Source: a virus (taxonomy: Duplodnaviria; Caudoviricetes). From it: 64,000 bases of DNA. The translations under genes were made by a program, and so were the position numbers. Positions 44,414 through 55,534 of this stretch are shown piece after piece (position 1 is the first letter of the stretch; each line of letters starts with the position of its first letter). The stretch is taken from the IMG/VR virus record IMGVR_UViG_3300021400_000134. One strand, written 5' to 3'. Below the pieces are notes generated by a model. It saw only the letters and a program-made list of their open reading frames with translations. It ran no database searches and was not told the origin of the DNA.

Positions 44414-47400
44414 ATTCTCCCTGTGCTCTTGTTGACTGTAATTTAATTTCAGTTCCATCTTCACTGATTTCTGAAATTCTATATAACTGATGGGCCATAC
44501 CTGTATCAGCATATTTCTTAGGAATAAAAGTATCTTCCATTCTAATGCCCTGAACTACAAGCATATTACCTCTACTGAACCAGCTCTTTTCGATAACATG
44601 CTTAACACCATCTGTGCCCATCGCAGAAATTTGTTTGTCAAATAAGGCGAAGTATTCTTTTCTAAACTTTACATCTACAACGCCAGTAGTAGTTAATAAA
44701 GTAACTGTTGAGCGGATTTTATCTTTTGCAATACAAGTTCCGCAAATTGTATATAACTGAAATTTCTTAATAGTGTGACCATTTTTTGTAGTCCATATCT
44801 TTGTAACAATTGGGGTTGTTGGCAAATCATTAAAGTTTGAATAACCATACTTTCTTGTATCCAATTTTGCCAATTCATGCTCATGATAATAGAAACAAAG
44901 CACTTCCATCTCCCAAGCAGATAATGTACCCGCCGCATATTTATCCCAATCTGCTTTAAAAATGGTATCATTAAGTTTTTGTAAAATTTGAGTTTTGTTT
45001 TCAGAAATCCAATTTCTAAATACGTTCATCCATTTCTGATAAACCTTATCCCAAGTATTTGCTGGCAAGACACTGCCATCAATTAGATTATCATATTCCA
45101 TTTCAAGCAAGAAATTCATTGCTCTTGTATCTAATCTATAATATTTTTTAGTTGGATCAATACAAACCTTTTTTAAGTATCTATTAAACTCAAAGACACG
45201 TCTTGCGGCAACCTGCTCAGCGGTTTCTTCTGGTAATAAACCATGTTTAATTAAACCTGGCATATTTTGCAGAGTTAAACGCTTTTTCTTATCACAGGTT
45301 TCCCAAATATACCAAGCCATTGTAAACCTTCTATCTTCCATATTATCAAAAGCGCCACCTTTAATCAAACTTATCATAGCCTGTTTATTAGGCTTGACCT
45401 TTTGAAGATAATCTTTTGGTGAACTATATGGACGCATTTCGATGGTTTTTGCGATAACATCATCTCCAACATTCAACATACTCTTTAAGCCAAACAGAAT
45501 CTGATTATTTTCAATGTCTGGCTCAAAACCAAGAGCAGACTTATTGATATCAACAAGACTTACTTTAATGCCCTCGCTCATAATATCTCCAAGAGCTTTT
45601 GCCATCTTAACATAATCTGTTGAACCACCAGCAGTAGTTCCGCTGTTAACAGTTAAGCAAGCTGTATTCCAATAAATTGGATTAAATCTTGTGCCGATAT
45701 AAGCGGTTTGATAACCAATAAACGAATAAGCCAATGCATGAATAATTGAGAATGAATAACCCATCTGCGGACCAACGCCATACTGCCAGACATAACGTCC
45801 AAGTGCCGGAGATTTAGCTCTTGTAAGAACCTGTTCTCTTAACGCAGGGATTTTATTCATCTGCTTCTTACCAACAATCTTTCTTGCGGCATTGGCTTCA
45901 CCAAGGCCAAATCCGCAAATGTTTTCATCCATAAGCATTCTCATTAACTGTTCCTGGCTTGGAGGAACGCCATAAGAAGATAAGAAGTAAGGCTCTAATG
46001 TTTTTTGCTCTTCTGGAGTTAATCCAGCCTTTCGCATTTCCTCATACCATAGACTAATGTTCTTTTTAAAACGAACATACTTATCCATGGGTGTTTCCGC
46101 ACCTCGTTCCGCAGTCATAAGTCTCATAAGACCATTGGCATCAGCCAACTCAAGAATAGTTTTTGGCTGAATCTTTTTTGCGGCCTGCGCTCCAACCATT
46201 GAATCAAACTGGAAGATATTAATAACAGTTCCATTTTCAATGGCATCCCAAGCAGGTTTATAATCCAATGGTAATACTTCAGGATGGAAATATTTATCAT
46301 AAACTTCTTTTAAAGTTAGATTTGGTTCAATTTCGCCATTTTTCTGTAATAAGTTAATTGTTTCAACTAACTTATCTTGAACATCAGTAACTAAGAAGTC
46401 AAATTTAGTCATTCCAAGACTTTCGCACATATGGAGGTCAAACTGTGTAATAACATCGCCTCCTGGCGTCTTCATAAAAGCACCAAATTCATATGGGTCT
46501 TCGTCAAAAAAGATAACACCAGAAGCATGAGAACCTCTTTGTTTAACTAAGCCCTGAATACCCAACATAATGTCAACTAAACCAGGATAATTATTTATTT
46601 CATTAATAAAAGGTAATACTGGCTGACGTTCTTTTTCTACATTACCATATATTACATCTTCAAGAGGCCATACAAAACCTCTTTCAGATGGGATAAGAGA
46701 AGAAAGATACTGTGCTTGGTCTGAATCAATGCCACTAGGATATTCTTCTGAACGATACCCTCTACAAGCTGTTAAAATTGCGCTCTTAGTTGATTCTGTA
46801 CCATAGGTTGCAATTAATGTACATCCAAGATTTTTACGAGACAAATCATCTACATTAGCATTAAAATTTTGACCTCGTTCTTCTTTAATCTTTTCAATAA
46901 TCATTGGGCGCTTTGATGGACATAAATCCAAATCAATATCACCAAGTTCAATGCGCTCTTTATTTAAATAACGGAAGAAAGGTAAGTTCCATTTTATAGG
47001 GTCAAGCTGAGTAACACCTAATAGATAATGATTAAGTCCTGAACAAGAAGAACCACGGCCCGCACCTACCATGCTCCCGCAATCCCAAAACATATTAATA
47101 TAATGCTGCAATGTTACAGGATAACAGAACATATTGGTTTCAAGCTTTTCACTAATGGTTTTCTTTACATCGGCTTCTTCTTCTAATCGAGCAAGATATG
47201 TGTCATTATCTTTACCCAATTCTTTTAATTTCTTTAAACATTCATCAACCCAATATCTTTCATAAATATCTTTCGACATTCTCATATTTTTAATAATTGG
47301 GAACTTATTTAAAGAGTTATCTTCATATGGGGGCGAAGCCTCTACTTTTACTCTTGGAATTTGCTGTTTATGCTGAATTGTAAAATTCTCAATTTTATTA

Positions 47401-48284
47401 TAAATCTCCATTGAGTTTTCTGCTAATAAATCATACTTTTCAGCATAACCACATTCACATGGAGCTAAATGTTTTTTAATATCTTCTTCTGTTTGTAAAT
47501 ATGCGTACTCATAAAATGATGCGACTTCTCTTTCACCATTTTTTGAATTAAGATATGCTTCATGAACATATCTATCTTCTTTTTTAAGATAATGAGCGTC
47601 AGTTCCTATTACAATTTTTTTATCATATGCTCGCGCGATAGATACCATTCTACGATTAACTGCAATTTGTTCTGGAGACATTCCTGGTGCAATTTCACAA
47701 TAAAAGTCATCACCAAACAATCTATGCATAAAAGTCATAAAGGCATGAATTTTACCTTTTACTTCATTAATGTTTGCGGCGTTAGCCTGTTCTGCTTTAA
47801 CAAGCTCTAAAATCGTTGAAGATAATTCTCCCCCGATACAAGCACTTGTCGCAATTAAATGACCTTTACCATACTTATTAATTATATTTTCCAATTCAGA
47901 ATAAAGGGTTGGAACTCTCTCCATACCTCTATCCATATAACTCTGCATCCAGGAGACAGATGATAATTCTCTCAACATGCGCCAACCAATTTTATCTTTG
48001 CAGATTAAAATAAAGTGATAATACTTCTGATTTCTATCTCTTGTTCCAGTAAGATAAATTTCATTTCCTATCGCTACCTTAAAATCTGGATTAACTTTTT
48101 GAATTTCTTGTGCATATAAATTAATTTCAGGTGCTGCCGCAATCGTTTCATGGTCTGTAATTGCGATGCCCGCTAAACCAATTTCTATTGCCCTATTTAT
48201 CAAATCTTTTGGTTTATTAATACAATCTAATAATCTAAAATTACTATACATTGTATGTGAATGGACTTCAAAGCGTTTTATCAT
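44397..48284 (-). CDS. dnaE: Family C DNA polymerase (Pol III alpha-like)
   Basis: PHP HSHT/TDH, GRGS, DIDLD, HASG, KFDFL, YSFSIIHA; no in-frame TGA. Confidence 0.95.
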   Translation of the reverse strand: MIKRFEVHSHTMYSNFRLLDCINKPKDLINRAIEIGLAGIAITDHETIAAAPEINLYAQEIQKVNPDFKVAIGNEIYLTGTRDRNQKYYHFILICKDKIGWRMLRELSSVSWMQSYMDRGMERVPTLYSELENIINKYGKGHLIATSACIGGELSSTILELVKAEQANAANINEVKGKIHAFMTFMHRLFGDDFYCEIAPGMSPEQIAVNRRMVSIARAYDKKIVIGTDAHYLKKEDRYVHEAYLNSKNGEREVASFYEYAYLQTEEDIKKHLAPCECGYAEKYDLLAENSMEIYNKIENFTIQHKQQIPRVKVEASPPYEDNSLNKFPIIKNMRMSKDIYERYWVDECLKKLKELGKDNDTYLARLEEEADVKKTISEKLETNMFCYPVTLQHYINMFWDCGSMVGAGRGSSCSGLNHYLLGVTQLDPIKWNLPFFRYLNKERIELGDIDLDLCPSKRPMIIEKIKEERGQNFNANVDDLSRKNLGCTLIATYGTESTKSAILTACRGYRSEEYPSGIDSDQAQYLSSLIPSERGFVWPLEDVIYGNVEKERQPVLPFINEINNYPGLVDIMLGIQGLVKQRGSHASGVIFFDEDPYEFGAFMKTPGGDVITQFDLHMCESLGMTKFDFLVTDVQDKLVETINLLQKNGEIEPNLTLKEVYDKYFHPEVLPLDYKPAWDAIENGTVINIFQFDSMVGAQAAKKIQPKTILELADANGLMRLMTAERGAETPMDKYVRFKKNISLWYEEMRKAGLTPEEQKTLEPYFLSSYGVPPSQEQLMRMLMDENICGFGLGEANAARKIVGKKQMNKIPALREQVLTRAKSPALGRYVWQYGVGPQMGYSFSIIHALAYSFIGYQTAYIGTRFNPIYWNTACLTVNSGTTAGGSTDYVKMAKALGDIMSEGIKVSLVDINKSALGFEPDIENNQILFGLKSMLNVGDDVIAKTIEMRPYSSPKDYLQKVKPNKQAMISLIKGGAFDNMEDRRFTMAWYIWETCDKKKRLTLQNMPGLIKHGLLPEETAEQVAARRVFEFNRYLKKVCIDPTKKYYRLDTRAMNFLLEMEYDNLIDGSVLPANTWDKVYQKWMNVFRNWISENKTQILQKLNDTIFKADWDKYAAGTLSAWEMEVLCFYYHEHELAKLDTRKYGYSNFNDLPTTPIVTKIWTTKNGHTIKKFQLYTICGTCIAKDKIRSTVTLLTTTGVVDVKFRKEYFALFDKQISAMGTDGVKHVIEKSWFSRGNMLVVQGIRMEDTFIPKKYADTGMAHQLYRISEISEDGTEIKLQSTRAQGEYDEED

Positions 48285-48306
48285 TTTCTCAACACCTCTT
48301 TTATAT

Positions 48307-48335
48307 ATTATAACATAAAAAAGTCTATTTTGCAA
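48307..48335 (-). promoter_or_regulatory. SigmaA-type extended -10 promoter
   Basis: TTGCAA-17nt-TATAAT with TG. Confidence 0.65.
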
Positions 48336-48357
48336 GACTTCTCTATTTTAACTGGCT

Positions 48358-48951
48358 TTATTCTCCTGCCGCCTCAATTTCATCAGGTTCTAAATCTTCT
48401 TGTTCGTAATAAATTACTTCACAAGTACAACCTGGATGATAAGGCGGAAAATCAACTTGATCTTCTAACATAACTTCACCATTTGTTCCAACGCAATCTT
48501 CGCATTCACCCGAAGTAATTTCTACATACGGGGTGGTAATTTTTCTTTTTTGAGATTGTGCTAAAATATTTCGTGTTCCAGTATCAAGAATTAAACTTAA
48601 ATGATAAAGTAAATTCAAATCATCTTGATCATTGTCATATTTTGTAATCCATTTATCAACTCTATCTTCTAGAGTTAAACCATCCTCATGATATAGTAGT
48701 TCAGAAAAATCTAATAATTCTTTATCATTATAACTATTAGGATACATTTTTTTTATTTCTGTTAAACTTGAAGAAAGAATTTCTGTAAAATTAGAATAAA
48801 ATGCATCAGTAATGTCTTTTTTAAGATTTTCACTGTTTTTTATAATCTTAAACAACTCTTCTTTATACTTTTCATTATTTGCGGAAACAACATTATATAA
48901 GTTTTTAGCTGCTTCTCGTCTTTTTGCCTTAATACTTTCTTTTACTTTCAT
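48358..48951 (-). CDS. Protein with Mu gpF/SPP1 gp7-like C-terminal motif
   Basis: CEDC...PPYHPGCTC; TAATG coupling to the helicase. Confidence 0.55.
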   Translation of the reverse strand: MKVKESIKAKRREAAKNLYNVVSANNEKYKEELFKIIKNSENLKKDITDAFYSNFTEILSSSLTEIKKMYPNSYNDKELLDFSELLYHEDGLTLEDRVDKWITKYDNDQDDLNLLYHLSLILDTGTRNILAQSQKRKITTPYVEITSGECEDCVGTNGEVMLEDQVDFPPYHPGCTCEVIYYEQEDLEPDEIEAAGE

Positions 48952-50156
48952 TATTTCCTCACTATCACTAATTTTTCTTTTGCTCTTGTTACTGCTGTAT
49001 ATAACCAACGCTTATGCTCTTCTCCACGAGGGAAATCTTCTTCAAATACAAGCACTTTATTATATTCGCTACCTTGGGCCTTGTGACACGTAATTGCATA
49101 TCCATAGTCGAACTGATGCGGCATTAGCTGTCTTGGTATTCTACGGAAATTCTCTTTTGTCGCAGTTGGTTCCCAGGTTGTGAAAATTTTATAGTCCATA
49201 TTTACTTGGTCAAAAACAGCATCTCCATAAAGGACAGCTTCTGATTCATTATCATAAAAGTCTGGAGTAAAATCTGCATGCATCAATATCGGCATTATCT
49301 TTTGTAGGTTTCTTGGTACATTAACATTTTCTTCATATGTAATATTACTAATGTATCCAGTTAAACCATTAACCAGTACATCTCCCGCAATATTGAAACT
49401 ATTCCAGTCATTATGCAAGCAAATAACTTTATCACCTTCTAATGGCTGCTTTGGATGTTCGCCATATATATAGGTTCTCATTAGGTCATTATAATAATGT
49501 CTTGTAGCATTTTTAGCGACAATAATCTGGTCAGCCCATTTTAACATGCCACTAACGACATCCTCTTTATCAATAATTTGAACTTCTTTGCCTGAAAACT
49601 TTTGTAATGGTTTACCGGCTCTAATATCCATAGAAACCTGGATAATTTCAGACTCCTGGGCCTGACGCATAATTTCATCTAGGAATACGTGCGGATTTTG
49701 CAACACGCCATTATCTTCTGCTAATGGCGGCAACTGGCCCGGGTCACCAAGAGCAATAACATAAATACGATGGCTTAAAAGCAAGTCCCACATTTCTTTT
49801 GGCAACATTGAAACTTCATCTACGATAATTGCTTTATATGGATATTCAAGCGGTCTTCTTGGCATATGAAAAAATGTTCCATCCGCACGAGGATATGACT
49901 GATATAGAAGTCTATGTGCGGTCATTGCATTTTTATTACCCTTTTCTTGTAGCACAAGGGCGGCTTTGCCAGTGTAAGCAATGAAACAAACTTCATTTTG
50001 AGAAAAACCCAGTGCTTGAATTATAAAACGAACCAGCGTACTTTTACCTGAGCCGGCATATCCACTTATGCAAGTATATGGCTTATGCTGCCTATATCGC
50101 TGTACAGCTATCTCCAAGCCTTCTTTTTGTTTATCTGTTAAAATAATATCTTCCAT
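48951..50156 (-). CDS. RecD/Dda-like SF1B helicase
   Basis: GYAGSGKS, VDEVSM, GDPGQL, RQ, YAITCHKAQGSE, YTAVTRA. Confidence 0.93.
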   Translation of the reverse strand: MEDIILTDKQKEGLEIAVQRYRQHKPYTCISGYAGSGKSTLVRFIIQALGFSQNEVCFIAYTGKAALVLQEKGNKNAMTAHRLLYQSYPRADGTFFHMPRRPLEYPYKAIIVDEVSMLPKEMWDLLLSHRIYVIALGDPGQLPPLAEDNGVLQNPHVFLDEIMRQAQESEIIQVSMDIRAGKPLQKFSGKEVQIIDKEDVVSGMLKWADQIIVAKNATRHYYNDLMRTYIYGEHPKQPLEGDKVICLHNDWNSFNIAGDVLVNGLTGYISNITYEENVNVPRNLQKIMPILMHADFTPDFYDNESEAVLYGDAVFDQVNMDYKIFTTWEPTATKENFRRIPRQLMPHQFDYGYAITCHKAQGSEYNKVLVFEEDFPRGEEHKRWLYTAVTRAKEKLVIVRK

Positions 50157-50176
50157 ACTTACACCTCTACTAATAT

Positions 50177-50205
50177 ATTATAACATATTTTATATAAAAA
50201 GACAA
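50177..50205 (-). promoter_or_regulatory. SigmaA-type extended -10 promoter
   Basis: TTGTCT-17nt-TATAAT with TG. Confidence 0.6.
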
Positions 50206-50215
50206 AAAAGAGGAA

Positions 50216-50476
50216 TTAATCCTCTGTTTCTGTACCACAAGTACAAGTAATTTTATTTGTTGTTATTGTCGGCATTTGGCGATGACAAGGAAGACAAGTT
50301 CTTTGACAATCGCCGCAAGGTAGACGATATGGGCATATATATTCATAATATGGGGGATATATTCCCCACCAAGCGCTAATATATGGCTCAGATGTTTTAG
50401 AATCTTCTATACCAGTCCAGTCTCCTGTTCCTGATCCATATCCAAACTTAATATTGGTATTTATCGTTTTACTCAT
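50216..50476 (-). CDS. Small Cys-rich hypothetical protein
   Basis: GGAGG RBS; CPYRLPCGDCQRTCLPC. Confidence 0.6.
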   Translation of the reverse strand: MSKTINTNIKFGYGSGTGDWTGIEDSKTSEPYISAWWGIYPPYYEYICPYRLPCGDCQRTCLPCHRQMPTITTNKITCTCGTETED

Positions 50477-50568
50477 ATTTACCTCCAAAATTTCCCAAAG
50501 GGATTTTTATTCCTGCTGTCGGCGCACACAGCCATCGCCGGCCGGCTCTGTCCTATTCAACTTTCAAT

Positions 50569-52308
50569 TTAGAAATAATACTCTTGTTTACGCACGATAT
50601 TATAATCTGTTATAATCACTTCTGGGCCATTATCCCAGCCGCTATTGCGCATACATCTACCAACAATATCAAGAATATAACAACCTTCGCCAGGGTATAA
50701 ACTATCAAACTCTTCTTGTGAACTCTTGAACTTAACAATTGCAATATTGTCAGGTAGAGTAATTTTCAAAGTTGAACCAAATAAATTGATATTATCTTTT
50801 GTAATTGAAACATTCTTTAAAGCAATCAGAGGTTCATCAACTTCTTGACCCCAAACGTAATCAGCATCTGCTAATTCAAGAATATCTGCGGCGTCTATTT
50901 TATTTGCTAAAAACTCAATATCAACATTATATGTTAAAGAGAAATCATAATCTTTTAATAGTTCATTCGAATAAGCCAAGAAATCTTTTACATTTGAATC
51001 AGGAATGGCTAGACCTAAAGCGTTATCATGGCCTTGCGCTAGTGTAAAATATCCACTATTTTTTGCCAATTGCTGCAATGATTCTACTCCGGCCGCAGGG
51101 TTATTACGTCCAGAACCAGCCCACACCAGTTCTCCAGTTTCTTCATCAAAAGTCTTATTCAGTAGCATTACAGGATGACCGTAAGAAGACATTAACTTAT
51201 TCGCAATTAAGCCTGTGATAGATCTAGTTTCTTCTGTTGGCTCATCAAGTTTTACAAGCAATATCTTATTATCCAAAAGATGCTCTGTTTTAATTTGAAA
51301 ATCAATGTTATCCGCAAGAGTATCTCTCATTTTATTCTGCCTATTTTTTGCGTTATTACAAATGCGGCAAGCCTGTTCGACAACAGTTTCCATTTCACCA
51401 GCCTTATGACCTCTTTTAATTGAAGGAACTAATGAATATGCTTTGTGATTAAGAAATGATTCAAACAAAATTTCTTTTTCTTTTTGTGTGCCAACTCTAG
51501 TGATTGCGTTTACTGCTGGAGCAATATACCAAGCAACCCCAGTTGGAGTGAGCTTACCTTTTAATGAGTATTCATTCTTTGCAACCATTGCTTTAATAAA
51601 TGGATTTTCTATATTAGCCAACCCTTTATCAATAAGTCGTCTTGTTTCATAATCTTTCAAAGGCATAACATCGGCAATAATACCCAACGCCGCAATATCC
51701 AAGAGTTCATCGGCAGTTGTTTTCTTATTTAATTCATCTATATAAGAGCAAAATTTATAAACCATGCCAACGCCACTTAATGATTTAGTTGGATAATTTT
51801 CATCAAGTTGGTTGTTTATTACTATGGCAAAAGGGCTATAACCAGAAGTATTATGGTGGTCAATAACAATAAGGGCAATATTGTTTTTATTAAGTTCTTC
51901 ATGCTTATCATATTCTTCACTCCCCGCGTCTGGACATATTACTAATTGCGGTTTTCTTTCCATGATTTGGTCCATTAACAGACCATGACCCTTGTCTTGG
52001 TGCATTCCCCAAGACAGGTGATTTACTGAAAAACCGGGAAAATTTTTATATAACCAATTAATTAAAAATGCTGAACTTGTATAGCCATCGCAATCGCTAT
52101 CTATATTTACAAAAATATCATGTTCCGCAAATATATGTTGTACTAAACAAGCTGCGGCTTCTTTCATATTCGTAATCGTTTCAGGCGGAATAATATCTTC
52201 ATCTGTAGTATGTAAATAATGATATGGGTCCTCAATTCCCCTATTCTTTAAAACTCTATATAAGGCAGACCCAGCCCTATTTTCTTCATTTATTAATTTA
52301 TATTGCAT
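50569..52308 (-). CDS. recJ: RecJ-like ssDNA exonuclease (DHH family)
   Basis: DSDCDG, DHH, LSGVG, ADVM, GSGR, GH. Confidence 0.92.
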   Translation of the reverse strand: MQYKLINEENRAGSALYRVLKNRGIEDPYHYLHTTDEDIIPPETITNMKEAAACLVQHIFAEHDIFVNIDSDCDGYTSSAFLINWLYKNFPGFSVNHLSWGMHQDKGHGLLMDQIMERKPQLVICPDAGSEEYDKHEELNKNNIALIVIDHHNTSGYSPFAIVINNQLDENYPTKSLSGVGMVYKFCSYIDELNKKTTADELLDIAALGIIADVMPLKDYETRRLIDKGLANIENPFIKAMVAKNEYSLKGKLTPTGVAWYIAPAVNAITRVGTQKEKEILFESFLNHKAYSLVPSIKRGHKAGEMETVVEQACRICNNAKNRQNKMRDTLADNIDFQIKTEHLLDNKILLVKLDEPTEETRSITGLIANKLMSSYGHPVMLLNKTFDEETGELVWAGSGRNNPAAGVESLQQLAKNSGYFTLAQGHDNALGLAIPDSNVKDFLAYSNELLKDYDFSLTYNVDIEFLANKIDAADILELADADYVWGQEVDEPLIALKNVSITKDNINLFGSTLKITLPDNIAIVKFKSSQEEFDSLYPGEGCYILDIVGRCMRNSGWDNGPEVIITDYNIVRKQEYYF

Positions 52309-52309
52309 C

Positions 52310-53413
52310 CTATAGCATAATCCTCTCTTTATATAACTGTAAAAACTTTTCTAATCCATCATCAATGGGAGAATCTTTATATCCTGTTTTCATATTTTTA
52401 TCAAATATGAAACTTATCTTTATATAATTTCCATATTTATTATATAATTTTATCAAGTTCTTTTTTAATTTTTTAAATTCATCATCGCCAATTTGCTGAA
52501 ACTGGCGGTCAAGGGCAACAATAACTTCTTGAACCCCCAAGTCCATTAGAAGGTTCATTTGATAACCCGATATATTACTGCCGCAACAGGCAACAGATAT
52601 ATCATTTTCATGCCCGAAATAAGATTGATATTTTAAACAAGATTTTTCACCTTCAAAAATAATTGCTCTATTGGATAAGGCTATATTTTTTTTAGCATTA
52701 TTTAAGTTATATAAAGACATTCCAAGAGGATGATTGTACATTTTTTTATTGATTATAATAGGACGATATTTACCATACATTTCGCCATCTTCTTTGCTAA
52801 GTGTGCGGCCCCTCAACCCGATAAAGCGATTATCTTTATCGAAATGAGGAATTGATATTTGATTTCCACCTGGATAGTAACCTATCTTATTAAAATCTAT
52901 TACTTCTTGACTAATACCTTCATTTAACCAAGGCAGAATTTTTACATCGTAGTTAAGTACTTTTAGAATATCCTTATTGTAAGCTTCTAGTTTTACATTA
53001 TATTGTTTAATTTCAATCTGTTGTATTCTATCATATTTGCTAAACACAGACCAGTCTTCTAATTGGTCGCTATCATCGTCCATAACGAACGAACCAGCGA
53101 TACCAAATCTGAAAGCAATTAATCTAATAGCATCATTTAAATTAATTCTTTGATTTTTTTGAATATCATATACTTTAATGGCAAGTTCAAATATGTCAAA
53201 TGAATCATCGCCAGCAGTATATGATTTAAAAAGTCCACTGTTTTCATAGTAGTAGAGTTTGCGGCTGCCCTCTCCTGGCGGATTATGGTCAATAGTTTCT
53301 GCCAAGATACCGAAACTGGCATATTGGGGGTCACCACCCCACTCTAACAAAAGGTCGAATATGTCATTAGTCGTTAAGGCCTCTCTTATTTCTTGCTTGT
53401 CGTAATTTATCAT
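52310..53413 (-). CDS. DNA primase (TOPRIM)
   Basis: IGLRGR, IFEGEKS, ALD; adjacent to helicase. Confidence 0.85.
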   Translation of the reverse strand: MINYDKQEIREALTTNDIFDLLLEWGGDPQYASFGILAETIDHNPPGEGSRKLYYYENSGLFKSYTAGDDSFDIFELAIKVYDIQKNQRINLNDAIRLIAFRFGIAGSFVMDDDSDQLEDWSVFSKYDRIQQIEIKQYNVKLEAYNKDILKVLNYDVKILPWLNEGISQEVIDFNKIGYYPGGNQISIPHFDKDNRFIGLRGRTLSKEDGEMYGKYRPIIINKKMYNHPLGMSLYNLNNAKKNIALSNRAIIFEGEKSCLKYQSYFGHENDISVACCGSNISGYQMNLLMDLGVQEVIVALDRQFQQIGDDEFKKLKKNLIKLYNKYGNYIKISFIFDKNMKTGYKDSPIDDGLEKFLQLYKERIML

Positions 53414-53427
53414 GACTAATTCTCCGT

Positions 53428-54960
53428 TTATTCGGTATCAAATGCTCCACGTTCTACCTTAATTTGATAATCATCCATCTCAATTAACTGATAACGCCAG
53501 TCTGTTGCGAATATTGGATTAACTCTACATGTTCCTAAATCTGCTTTACACCATAAGTAGATGCCTTTATATTGACCTCTACGGTTTTTGTAAATAGACA
53601 ATTTTAGATTTGGTTTTTCATATACATTCTGTCTCAAGATAGCCTCTAACGAGTCAGTATCTTTTTGAGTTACTGGTAGAAGAATACTACCATAGTCAAT
53701 TTTATCCGCAATTGCTTTGGCGCCACGCAGCAAGTTTTGGTCAGGAGTTTCAGACTCTTGGTAATCAGCATTTAGCTGTGTAGCAGACTCAATAAAGATA
53801 CCATATTTATTACAAATATCTTTCAACCTAATTGATAACATGAATAGTACGTTATCTTCTCTTAATCTTACCCCGCCAGAGCGACGAGTAACTTCTTCCA
53901 AAATTTTCATTGAGGTATGAATATAATCATGGAAAACATATTTTATATTATGTTCTCTAATACCTTTTTTAATTCTATCTTCAACATCTTGAAGAGAAAA
54001 GTCAGGAAGTTCTTCTACATAAATAGGAGAGTTCTTTAAGATTTCTGCGGCCTTACGGACACGCTCAACTTCATCGCCTTCATACTGATTGCTAATGATG
54101 TGTTCTTCATTTACAGAAGATAAGAAAGCAAGCATCATTGTTTGAATTTCTTCTAGTTCCTGTTCAGTAGAAATATACAAGCAAGGTTCCGCAATTCCAT
54201 TTCCAATCCAACCTAGCATATCATCATAAATCATATCTGTGCCGATATAGCAACAGTCCGCAATCATGGAACGAGATTTACCGACGCCAGTGGGTGCTGA
54301 ACGAAGATAAAACTTTTTAAGTCTTGCGCCACGAGTAACCCTATTAATGAACTTACCATATAATGGTGAACCTACTTCTGGATATGTCATTAATCTATCA
54401 ATTAAGGCATCAATACCTTCACCGGCCTGGTGTGTATCTCCAAAAGTATCACTAACACATTCAAGGCGAATTGAGTCAACAATTGCATCTACTTTATCCG
54501 CAATATCTGTTAAACTCATATTATCCAGCTGTTCTTCTTGCAACTGTAGTTTTTTGGTATCAATTTCATCAGGATTGTAAATAAAATTAACATCAATGCC
54601 ATATGAGTCATAGGCTCTTAATAGAGTCATTTTCTTCATTCTACTATAGTAGAAATCAAAGGCTGACGGGATGGCTTTCTCTGCTGCACTTTTTAGCCAT
54701 TCTTCACCTTTGTTTACTGTAAAAATGGCTTCACTTTTTGGTTTTGTGGATAAGAAATCGCAAATACTCTCTATCGAAATAGAGGTAGCTCCAAGTTCAT
54801 AAACTTTATAAATAGCACCAAAGACTACTCTATGAAAATCTGATACAAAATCTTCTTCTGTAATTACATATTTATCTGTCTCTTCAAGTAATTGTGGTTT
54901 TATAAACACACTTCCAATAACCTGAACGATTGCAACTGTATCTAAATACTTACTCGCCAT
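53428..54960 (-). CDS. dnaB: Replicative DnaB-like helicase
   Basis: APTGVGKS, DYI, QLN, KNRRG. Confidence 0.88.
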   Translation of the reverse strand: MASKYLDTVAIVQVIGSVFIKPQLLEETDKYVITEEDFVSDFHRVVFGAIYKVYELGATSISIESICDFLSTKPKSEAIFTVNKGEEWLKSAAEKAIPSAFDFYYSRMKKMTLLRAYDSYGIDVNFIYNPDEIDTKKLQLQEEQLDNMSLTDIADKVDAIVDSIRLECVSDTFGDTHQAGEGIDALIDRLMTYPEVGSPLYGKFINRVTRGARLKKFYLRSAPTGVGKSRSMIADCCYIGTDMIYDDMLGWIGNGIAEPCLYISTEQELEEIQTMMLAFLSSVNEEHIISNQYEGDEVERVRKAAEILKNSPIYVEELPDFSLQDVEDRIKKGIREHNIKYVFHDYIHTSMKILEEVTRRSGGVRLREDNVLFMLSIRLKDICNKYGIFIESATQLNADYQESETPDQNLLRGAKAIADKIDYGSILLPVTQKDTDSLEAILRQNVYEKPNLKLSIYKNRRGQYKGIYLWCKADLGTCRVNPIFATDWRYQLIEMDDYQIKVERGAFDTE

Positions 54961-55480
54961 CAATACTCTCCTCGTCTAAAAATGTAAATCCAAGTTTGCG
55001 GCGACGCTCCTCGCGTTGCGGCTCTGGAATTGTTATTTCAATTACTTTTGTCTCGGGTATTTCTAAAATTTTAGCCTCGTTTTGCTGATTTGCTAACCAT
55101 ATTGAATACCAATATTTATAGGCTTTATCATACATATATGGGACAATACCAATAGAACCATTACCCTTCTCTATTGGTTCTTTCTTTATTTCATATACAT
55201 ATTTCATTGTGCGCTCTATCCCTGAGAAAGAAAAATTATTTTTCTCATGGTAAGATTTCGCTAGTCTTAAAGTTTGGTTATAATTAAATAATTTACCATA
55301 TAATTTCGCGCAATACTCCATTAAATGGTCTAAATCTTTTTCATCTTGGGATTTTGCGGCCTCTCGCTTTTCATAACAGTCTTTATGAGCATACCAGTTG
55401 CTTTTTCTAAAAAATTCAACTGTATTGGTATCAAATGACTTGCCGCAAATTCTACATTTTACTATATGTGGTTTTACCAT
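54950..55480 (-). CDS. Zn-finger hypothetical protein next to helicase
   Basis: CRIC...HKDC. Confidence 0.7.
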   Translation of the reverse strand: MVKPHIVKCRICGKSFDTNTVEFFRKSNWYAHKDCYEKREAAKSQDEKDLDHLMEYCAKLYGKLFNYNQTLRLAKSYHEKNNFSFSGIERTMKYVYEIKKEPIEKGNGSIGIVPYMYDKAYKYWYSIWLANQQNEAKILEIPETKVIEITIPEPQREERRRKLGFTFLDEESIDGE

Positions 55481-55500
55481 GCAGAATACTCCTTTATATT

Positions 55501-55529
55501 ATTATATCATAATTAAAGAAAAAAGTCAA
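55501..55529 (-). promoter_or_regulatory. SigmaA-type extended -10 promoter
   Basis: TTGACT-17nt-TATAAT with TG. Confidence 0.75.
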
Positions 55530-55534
55530 GCCTT

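Noticed and set aside
41471-48284. Inteins or introns in nrdD and dnaE
   Set aside because: Lengths and motif order look normal; no intein terminal motifs noticed
50510-50555. GC-rich patch downstream of recJ, with GGACAG on the - strand
   Set aside because: Only a weak hairpin, and it lacks the rest of the promoter motif; no supportable call
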